From: a virus
Lineage: Duplodnaviria; Heunggongvirae; Uroviricota; Caudoviricetes
Virus record (IMG/VR): IMGVR_UViG_3300027708_003081
Reading direction: 5' to 3' (one strand)
Length of the DNA stretch: 64,000 nucleotides
Each line of letters starts with the position of its first letter. Position 1 is the first letter of the stretch. Both the position numbers and the translations under genes were made by a program. Positions 57,222-64,000 of the stretch are shown here, in pieces. The notes below the pieces were generated by a model that was given only the letters and a program-made list of their open reading frames with translations, was not told the DNA's origin and made no database searches.

Positions 57222-57240
57222 ATATATTTATAATAAAATA
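57222..57240 (+). promoter_or_regulatory. ATATATTTATAATAAAATA motif
   Basis: 8 nt upstream of ATG 57249. Confidence 0.3.
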
Positions 57241-57248
57241 ATTCAGTA

Positions 57249-58604
57249 ATGAAATTTACAAATCTTTTAAAAAACATCATTTTAGAGGCTCAATCGAAGT
57301 ATCTAATTAATTTAGAAAAAGTAACCAAACCTTTAACTAATAAGGAAGGTAAGAAGTTAAAACCACTTATGACTAAGGAGGTTTACAATGAATTGGTTAA
57401 AGCTGACCCAGGCACTAATCTTAATGATATTGATTTAGATACACAAGATAAGAATGAACTTGAGAAAGTTAAAGCCGGAAGTTACGTTCCTTGGTTAATC
57501 AAACAATACCTATCAATCCCAACGGAGGCTGAAAAAGGTACTCCTATGTATGAAAGAGAGTTGAAACAAGCTCAAGCAACATTCCTTGAGGATTTGTATA
57601 AAGTTACAAATGACTTGAAAAAGTTTGAAAGATTTAAAAGCAGAATTCCACAGGAAAGTAGAGATGTTAATAAATTGACTGTTCAATCTCTTTATGAATT
57701 GGTTAAAGATTTTTCATTAGAAAAAACTAAAGCAAGTAAAGAAGAGAAAAAAGCTGCATCAGAAACTTACGAACATCCTGGTGGTGAGATTGCATACAGA
57801 GGTGATAAATGGACTGTTGCAAAAATTGAAGATAAAGGAAAATTGGGTAAGGACGCGGCTTGTTTCTATGGTGGTAATTACCTTGAACCAAGTAAGGGTG
57901 AGACAAGATGGTGTACATCTTCACCTGGTTTAGATTGGTTTAGTAGATATATTAAAGACGGCCCATTATATGTTGTAATACCTAACCAATGGGAGGGTAA
58001 AAGAGGTGAATCAAGCGGATTACCTGCAACAAGGTATCAATTCCATTTTCCATCTAATCAGTTTATGGATGTTGCTGACCACGGAGTTGATTTGGTTAAA
58101 TTACTTAATGGTGAAATGTCTGAACTTAAAGATTTCTTTAAACCTGAATTCGCAAGAGGTTTAACTCTTGATGGAACTAGTTTGAAAATTGATAGTTTTA
58201 GTCACGGAGCAATTGGTAAATTTGTTGGACTTTACGGTATTCACGATTTGTTTGAGAACTTACCAACAAGTTTAGAAACACTTACAATCAAAAATAATGA
58301 GAAAAATGATATTATAATTCATATTCCTGATGATATTGATAGATTTAGCAATTTAAATTTCTTACATTTTGAAAACTGTATTGATAGTTTACCTGAAACA
58401 GTTTGTAATTTGAAAAAATTAAGGTTCCTTACAGTTCAAAACAATCCTAAATTAAGAACCGTTCCAGGTTGTATTGTAAATTTACCTGAATTAGTATTCT
58501 TAAATGCTAAAGAATGTCCTAATTTAGATGTTCCACAAGAAATTAGAGATAAGGGTGCGGATTTTGGTAATGGAATGTGGGATTTCACCGAAGACGAAGA
58601 TTAA
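57249..58604 (+). CDS. hypothetical protein with C-terminal leucine-rich repeats
   Basis: C-terminal L..L.L..N-type repeats (LETLTIKNNEKN..., FSNLNFLHFENC, LKKLRFLTVQNNPKL, LPELVFLNAKEC). Confidence 0.5.
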   Translation: MKFTNLLKNIILEAQSKYLINLEKVTKPLTNKEGKKLKPLMTKEVYNELVKADPGTNLNDIDLDTQDKNELEKVKAGSYVPWLIKQYLSIPTEAEKGTPMYERELKQAQATFLEDLYKVTNDLKKFERFKSRIPQESRDVNKLTVQSLYELVKDFSLEKTKASKEEKKAASETYEHPGGEIAYRGDKWTVAKIEDKGKLGKDAACFYGGNYLEPSKGETRWCTSSPGLDWFSRYIKDGPLYVVIPNQWEGKRGESSGLPATRYQFHFPSNQFMDVADHGVDLVKLLNGEMSELKDFFKPEFARGLTLDGTSLKIDSFSHGAIGKFVGLYGIHDLFENLPTSLETLTIKNNEKNDIIIHIPDDIDRFSNLNFLHFENCIDSLPETVCNLKKLRFLTVQNNPKLRTVPGCIVNLPELVFLNAKECPNLDVPQEIRDKGADFGNGMWDFTEDED

Positions 58605-58615
58605 AAATTTTACAT

Positions 58616-58894
58616 ATGAATGTGGATGTTGAAATTTATATGAGCAGCATTTTAAAGTTCTTCAAGGATAATCCTGAAGAACTTATTAATTTAGTTCCTT
58701 TAACAAAGAAGGATGAGTTTTTTGTTAAATTAAGAGAAGTTGCCATAACAAATTCAGAGAAAGGGGATGAGATTAGTTTAACAAGACAACAACTAATCGA
58801 TGTTTGTTTGGAGATTAACGGAAACCCACTACGTATTGAAAATAATTCTAATGTAATAATTCCTACAATTTTTGGAGAATATTCTTTAAATTAA
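58616..58894 (+). CDS. small hypothetical protein
   Basis: Track start 58577 overlaps previous gene; ATG at 58616. Confidence 0.4.
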   Translation: MNVDVEIYMSSILKFFKDNPEELINLVPLTKKDEFFVKLREVAITNSEKGDEISLTRQQLIDVCLEINGNPLRIENNSNVIIPTIFGEYSLN

Positions 58895-58926
58895 TTTGGC
58901 AGTTTGAATAGAACCAATTATCTTTG
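58895..58926 (+). promoter_or_regulatory. Bacteroidetes sigma-A type promoter
   Basis: TTTGGCAG 58895-902, TATCTTTG 58919-26, spacing 20; ATG 58946. Confidence 0.55.
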
Positions 58927-58945
58927 TGTTCTAAATCAAAATCAT

Positions 58946-59701
58946 ATGTCTATAACATTAGAACAAGTAAGGGCACAAGCACCCGCAGTTTTCACCACAC
59001 AGGCTTCACCGAAGCTTACACAGAAATACAATTTAGCACCAACCGTTGAAATCCTTGAAGGTTTTCAGAGAGAAGGTTGGGAAATCTCAAGTGCTAAACA
59101 AATGGGTAATAACCCCTACGGTATTCACGAAGTTAGATTAAGAAACGGAGCACTTCCACAAGTTGGAGATTCACTTGTTGAGGCAATTATCAGAAACTCC
59201 CACAACGGACTTTCAAGCCTTAATATTGGTGCCGGACTCCACAGATTAGTATGTTCCAACGGACTTACGGTTCCAACGGGAATTGCATCATCAATCAGAG
59301 TTCGTCATATGAAAGTTGATATGGGTGATGTTCGTAGATTAACCGATGAGTTCGCAGAGAACCTACCTTTAATTGGAAATGCTATGGGTAAAATGAACTC
59401 AACCATTATGACTGATGAACAGGTTAATGACTTCGGAACTAAGGCGAAAATCATCCGTTGGATTCCTGGTTCAGTTCCAAGTTCTTTAAGTATTGAAGAG
59501 TTGGTAAGACCGGTTAGAGTTGAGGATTCTAAACAATCTGTGTGGAATGTGTTTAACAGAGTTCAGGAGAAGTTTGTTCGTGGGGGTATATCTTACCACA
59601 CTCAAAAGGGTAGATTTACTACTATGAGAGAACTTAAAAACATCTCATCACTCCAAAAGGTTAACACACAACTTTGGGAACTTGCAGAAACTTATTGCTA
59701 A
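58946..59701 (+). CDS. DUF932/YfjQ-like phage-plasmid family protein (tentative)
   Basis: MSITLEQVRAQAPAVFTTQASPKLTQKYNLAPTVEILEGFQREGWEISSAKQ resembles the N-terminal pattern of DUF932 proteins, as recalled from memory. The ATG at 58946 sits 20 nt after the promoter -7 box; track start 58904 is upstream of the promoter. Confidence 0.5.
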   Translation: MSITLEQVRAQAPAVFTTQASPKLTQKYNLAPTVEILEGFQREGWEISSAKQMGNNPYGIHEVRLRNGALPQVGDSLVEAIIRNSHNGLSSLNIGAGLHRLVCSNGLTVPTGIASSIRVRHMKVDMGDVRRLTDEFAENLPLIGNAMGKMNSTIMTDEQVNDFGTKAKIIRWIPGSVPSSLSIEELVRPVRVEDSKQSVWNVFNRVQEKFVRGGISYHTQKGRFTTMRELKNISSLQKVNTQLWELAETYC

Positions 59702-59707
59702 AAAAGT

Positions 59708-59735
59708 GGGGACATTATGTCCCCATTTCAATTTA
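59708..59735 (+). terminator. probable intrinsic terminator
   Basis: GGGGACA-TTA-TGTCCCC hairpin followed by ATTTCAATTTAATTT. Confidence 0.4.
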
Positions 59736-59754
59736 ATTTATTATCTTTGTTATT

Positions 59755-61416
59755 ATGAGAAAAGAGCTATATAAAGTTAGTTTTGCTAAATACGATTGCA
59801 CGGAGTATCTACCTTATACGGTACTTGCGGATAGTATGTTTTATAATAAAACAAGTAATCCTAATTATGAGCATAGAGGTAAAAAAAAGGTTAATACCGA
59901 ATTCACATTTAAGTCCAATCACTTAACTGAAAAGGCGTTTGTGGATAATTTTGCAAATCCTTTATGGGGTGTTTTTAGACACAACTTATTGCTTGTTGTG
60001 GAACAAGAAGGACATAAATTATCTATAAAATTATTTCATTCACATCAGACTAGGAGGGTCGGAACTAAATATTTTACAAAATCTAAAAATGTTGATTATG
60101 TTACAATTAACACAATAACAGGTGATATATACTGCGGTTTTCTTCACAACTACCAGAAAAAAAGAAAGTTCTCAAGAAGAATAAGAAAAAATTCATTTCA
60201 TTTTGATTTTTTCAATAACTTTAAATATCAAACGAGAAGTTTGTTAAATCATTTTGTAAAAAATTATGAGAATTCTAATACCGATTTGATTATGAATTCG
60301 GCTTTAAATAAGTTTTTTGAAACTATTGATGGTAATAATGAAACAAAGTTAAGTCACGGGGAAAGGTTGTATAGATACTATATGATGAAAAGGAATATTA
60401 AATTCCCAAACAACTTCGGTGTGTTTTTAAATTCAGAATTACAAGTTCCAAATTTAAAGATACTTCGAAAAAATGATATGAAGTTGGTGGATTCATTTAT
60501 GAAATTTCATAATATAACGGGAAAGAAATTAAGAAAGGCTCTTCATATATGTGAGAACATAAATCTTGGAATGTATAAAAACGCTATTAATTTCTTTGGA
60601 GAAGATTGGGTAAACCAAAATGAAGATATTCTTTTAAAGTGTTTAAATTTCAGGGGGGCTACTTGGAATAGACCAACAACGACAGGTAGAGAAATATTCT
60701 CGCCAGATGAACTAAAAAGAGCTTTCAGTATGTTTGAGTTAGTTCTGAATGAGCAGTTGGATTATAACACTTACTTTGACCACGTAATCACTTATGTTAG
60801 ATTAAAAACATTTGGGGAGGAAGAAGTAAGATGGTATTCAACATCTATTACTGAATTTAGACAAGAGCATTTGGATTGGACGGATAAATTACAACACTAC
60901 ACTCAAGGAACTTATTACAGAATATATCCTGAATATATGATGAATGAGGTTGTAAAACCAATAACCTGTGAGGGCGAAACGTATTATCCCGTTTTATTAA
61001 CAAACTCATCTTTATATAATAATGAGAGTCAACAACAATCAAATTGTGTTAAAGGATATGTAGGAAGAGTTAGTTCAATTATTGTTTCATTTAGAAAAGG
61101 AGATGTTGAATCTGATAGTAGAGCGACAATTGAATATCAGTTATCAAAAGAAGAAGATAAAATTAAGGTAAAAAACGTTCAGTGTCTTGGAAGATTTAAT
61201 GGTTCTTTAACTTCGGAGTGGTATAAACCTGTTGAAATACTTAATGAGAGAATGAATAAGATTGTGAAAGACAAAAGGTTTGATACGGTGAAACTTAAAA
61301 AAGTTTGTACCAACGGGGTTGAGTTATTTTCAGATTCAGAGTGGAAGGACAATAGATTAGTTTGGAATGTTGAGGGTATTGATGCAAGTTATAGTAGTAT
61401 GTATATAGATTTTTAA
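59755..61416 (+). CDS. hypothetical protein (553 aa)
   Basis: ATG verified; TATCTTTG box at 59742-49. Confidence 0.5.
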   Translation: MRKELYKVSFAKYDCTEYLPYTVLADSMFYNKTSNPNYEHRGKKKVNTEFTFKSNHLTEKAFVDNFANPLWGVFRHNLLLVVEQEGHKLSIKLFHSHQTRRVGTKYFTKSKNVDYVTINTITGDIYCGFLHNYQKKRKFSRRIRKNSFHFDFFNNFKYQTRSLLNHFVKNYENSNTDLIMNSALNKFFETIDGNNETKLSHGERLYRYYMMKRNIKFPNNFGVFLNSELQVPNLKILRKNDMKLVDSFMKFHNITGKKLRKALHICENINLGMYKNAINFFGEDWVNQNEDILLKCLNFRGATWNRPTTTGREIFSPDELKRAFSMFELVLNEQLDYNTYFDHVITYVRLKTFGEEEVRWYSTSITEFRQEHLDWTDKLQHYTQGTYYRIYPEYMMNEVVKPITCEGETYYPVLLTNSSLYNNESQQQSNCVKGYVGRVSSIIVSFRKGDVESDSRATIEYQLSKEEDKIKVKNVQCLGRFNGSLTSEWYKPVEILNERMNKIVKDKRFDTVKLKKVCTNGVELFSDSEWKDNRLVWNVEGIDASYSSMYIDF

Positions 61417-61418
61417 TT

Positions 61419-61736
61419 ATGGATAAACATTATTATATTAAACACATAGAGAAAGCTACCGCACCTCTATCAAAAGTTTCAATTGATGATATTCAATTGA
61501 CCGATGAAAAATTAGACATAACAAAGTATGAAACTTTGTTTATGACTTCTGGTTATAGTGGTGGTAAATTTATGTGGAAAGATATTATTTTAAAAACTAA
61601 ACAAGGGTTCTATCTATTTATAAGGAGACATTCATTACACAAAAATATAATTGATGTTGATATATATTATAGACAAGAGCAACATAATGAACTATTGATA
61701 TTCATTAAACCATTTGTAAACTTATTAACAAAATAA
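61419..61736 (+). CDS. small hypothetical protein
   Basis: 105 aa. Confidence 0.45.
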   Translation: MDKHYYIKHIEKATAPLSKVSIDDIQLTDEKLDITKYETLFMTSGYSGGKFMWKDIILKTKQGFYLFIRRHSLHKNIIDVDIYYRQEQHNELLIFIKPFVNLLTK

Positions 61737-61743
61737 AAAAAAT

Positions 61744-62061
61744 ATGGAAATTACATCACAAGAATTAAAAGAAAAAATTAAAAGTGGGGAAAAAATTTTA
61801 GTTGACTGCTTCGCCAGTTGGTGCGGACCCTGTAAAGTTATGAAACCTTGGTTTGAAAAGGTTGCAAAAGAAATGAAGGAATCTGACGGAACCAAATTAT
61901 ATCTTTTCAATATTGAAAATGATAAAGATTTTGCGGTAAATGAACTTGGAATAAGAAGTGTCCCAACAATCAAAGGATTTAGTGGTGGTAAAGAAGTATA
62001 TCATAGCACAGGTGTTCTCAGAGAAGAACAAATAAAATCGGTTGCAGGTCAAATAATTTAA
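61744..62061 (+). CDS. trxA: thioredoxin
   Basis: VDCFASWCGPCKVM active-site WCGPC motif in a ~105-aa protein. Confidence 0.85.
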   Translation: MEITSQELKEKIKSGEKILVDCFASWCGPCKVMKPWFEKVAKEMKESDGTKLYLFNIENDKDFAVNELGIRSVPTIKGFSGGKEVYHSTGVLREEQIKSVAGQII

Positions 62062-62062
62062 T

Positions 62063-62347
62063 ATGAAAAACTTATCCGTTGTTGTTTATACGATGAAAAA
62101 TTGTCCGTTTTGCCAAGATTTTAAAGATATGTTGGTAAACGAAGGTATTGAGTTTTTTGATAGGGATATTGATGAGTATGAGGAAGAGTATAATCTTTTC
62201 TCGGAAATCACAGATAATGATATGGTTCCGGCACTTTTAATAATTGAAGGTACTGAAGAGGAACACGAATCATTCCTTTATGCCCCCGAAAGAAACTATA
62301 ATGAACTTACGGAAGCGGTGGATATTATTAAGGGACACCTTATGTAA
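62063..62347 (+). CDS. glutaredoxin/NrdH-like redoxin
   Basis: VVVYTMKNCPFCQDFK: CPFC active site near the N-terminus of a 94-aa protein. Confidence 0.75.
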   Translation: MKNLSVVVYTMKNCPFCQDFKDMLVNEGIEFFDRDIDEYEEEYNLFSEITDNDMVPALLIIEGTEEEHESFLYAPERNYNELTEAVDIIKGHLM

Positions 62348-63083
62348 ATAAGAAATCTTTAACTTTTTTATTCAAAAAATCATATTCAGAAAGTGGGTTG
62401 GTAACTTCAATAGTCCAATCCACTTTTTTTAGTTCTGACTCAATCCAAGTCATATCAAAATCAAACATATCTAAAATTGCGGAGCGTAATCTATTATCTT
62501 CATTCTTATAGAATCCATCATATACAAAAAACTTATCTTCATCTTTACTGATACACATCGTTAATTCAACCACAGGATAGTTGGTTGGGATGTTATACAT
62601 AATATACTTCCCGTAGTAATAAAATAATCTTCCTTGTGATAGAGAATACCCGTGGGGGAACTCGGAGGTTGCTATAAGGTTCGTATTGTCTTTAATCGTA
62701 TTTAAATAGTAATCATCACCATAAGAGGTGGTGTTGTCCGAAATAAAGCTCTCAATTTGATTACCATTATAAGAACAGTTAATTGTATTATAATAGTTGT
62801 GAATGATTTGTTCTGGTTCGGTCATCTCAATATTATATTCAATTAAATCTATTGTGTGAGTAAGTTTTCTCCCGTCAGGTAAATTAATTTTTGTTTTAAA
62901 TTCATCAAGGATTTCTCCCATATTTAATACATCACCATAAGATGTTTTTCCTTTAATAACAAAGAAATTAATACAATCTGCAACCTGAATAATCGTATGT
63001 TTTTTATTTGGTATTTTTGATAAAATGAAATCGGCAAATAAATTTACAATTGCCGTTCTGCTATTAGGTGATTTTAATATCAT
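62340..63083 (-). CDS. hypothetical protein
   Basis: 247-aa minus-strand ORF; start of a minus-strand block. Confidence 0.5.
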   Translation of the reverse strand: MILKSPNSRTAIVNLFADFILSKIPNKKHTIIQVADCINFFVIKGKTSYGDVLNMGEILDEFKTKINLPDGRKLTHTIDLIEYNIEMTEPEQIIHNYYNTINCSYNGNQIESFISDNTTSYGDDYYLNTIKDNTNLIATSEFPHGYSLSQGRLFYYYGKYIMYNIPTNYPVVELTMCISKDEDKFFVYDGFYKNEDNRLRSAILDMFDFDMTWIESELKKVDWTIEVTNPLSEYDFLNKKVKDFLFT

Positions 63084-63135
63084 AATAATAATTTTTTAGA
63101 AACTTACTAAAAATTAAAATATAATTAAATAGTTT

Positions 63136-64000
63136 TTAGGAGATATAGTCACCAAACATTTCATTAATATTATTTTCAACTTTTCTATAATCTGAGTAGT
63201 CAGGAAATCTAACTCTTAAACAATCACCAGCATCTTTAAGCAAGTCAATATAGCTTCCGTGATATTCAAGAGTTGAATTACTATATTTTTTATTATTATC
63301 AAGATAATCAATAATAAATCTATCAAAATCTCTTATTGGTATTCTAATCATATCAACAAATCTATCTTTTTTACTACCATCTTTATCCCAACTATAACCT
63401 CTTTTAACTGAAACCCATTTTCTATCACCTGTATAGAAAAACTCGTCAAGTTTATCCCAAACTTCTTCATAATAATCATCTGATAAGGCACTTTGTTCGG
63501 CACTAAAATATAAACTATTCAATTCGGATTCTATGTTAGAAAGTTCATCATTAAGTATTAGTTTTACAATATCACTATCTCTGAATATCTCATCTATATT
63601 TTCGCTGGTTACTTCAAAGGACTCACCATCATATTCAATTTCTTTTCCTGAAAGTTCTCTAATAAAAATTTCTTTGAGTTTACGAAGATTTTCTATATTT
63701 AATTCGTGAATAACATTATCATATATATCAATATCATAACTATGCCAATCAAAATCTAAATCACCCGATAATATGTTGTCTATTGTTTCTATACTAACAT
63801 CTCTACTATCACAAAATAGGACTGAAAAATATCCTGGGTCACTAACGATATATGGTTTCCCATCAACAAACTCTACATCATTTAATAAGTCATTACACCA
63901 ATGATGGAATACATCAATGTTTGTATTGTGAAAATAAATTAATAATTCATTTTGATATTCATCTGCGAGAGAACCTTTTGGGTCTATATCAATTAGTTTA
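63136..64000 (-). CDS. hypothetical protein, C-terminal part (gene starts beyond window end)
   Basis: By-eye translation of the minus strand is open in one frame from 64000 down to the stop at 63136, with no ATG. Track entry 63136..63522 merely starts at an internal TTG. Confidence 0.5.
   Translation of the reverse strand, partial: KLIDIDPKGSLADEYQNELLIYFHNTNIDVFHHWCNDLLNDVEFVDGKPYIVSDPGYFSVLFCDSRDVSIETIDNILSGDLDFDWHSYDIDIYDNVIHELNIENLRKLKEIFIRELSGKEIEYDGESFEVTSENIDEIFRDSDIVKLILNDELSNIESELNSLYFSAEQSALSDDYYEEVWDKLDEFFYTGDRKWVSVKRGYSWDKDGSKKDRFVDMIRIPIRDFDRFIIDYLDNNKKYSNSTLEYHGSYIDLLKDAGDCLRVRFPDYSDYRKVENNINEMFGDYIS

Overview
AT-rich (about two-thirds A+T) segment of what reads as a large virulent bacteriophage genome infecting a Bacteroidetes (Flavobacteriia-type) host. 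Everything below is from reading the sequence and the ORF track only; no searches were run. Nearly all genes are on the + strand, tightly packed with ATGA/TAATG overlaps. Several intergenic regions carry Bacteroidetes sigma-A type promoters (TTTG-N19-21-TAnnTTTG). 0-22.5 kb: an array of very large hypothetical virion/adhesin-like proteins with SprB-type Ig-like repeats, PT-rich linkers, DUF285-type repeats and LRR-like repeats. 22.5-31.5 kb: RuvC-like resolvase, zinc-ribbon/TOPRIM DNA primase, a secreted G8/beta-helix protein, a run of small individually promoted early-type genes, and three oversized tRNA-like genes followed by a GIY-YIG homing endonuclease. 31.5-47.4 kb: SPFH/band-7 protein, two tandem paralogous small-gene families, a PD-(D/E)XK nuclease, SbcD-like and SbcC/Rad50-like genes separated by an inserted repeat-protein/membrane-protein block, a candidate nuclease gene abutting a beta-class DNA methyltransferase, a pyrimidine-dimer-glycosylase-like gene, and a sigma-70 family factor. 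47.4-64 kb: lysis-like module (TM coiled-coil proteins, Amidase_2 endolysin), K/E-rich proteins, a histone H1-like DNA-binding protein, DnaJ, a Dam-like methyltransferase, an LRR protein, a DUF932-like protein, thioredoxin and glutaredoxin, then a switch to minus-strand genes that run off the window. No CRISPR array, rRNA, integrase or transposase was recognised. The ORF track uses TTG/GTG as well as ATG starts; several starts were re-assigned to the nearest ATG where the listed start overlapped the upstream gene or a promoter box.
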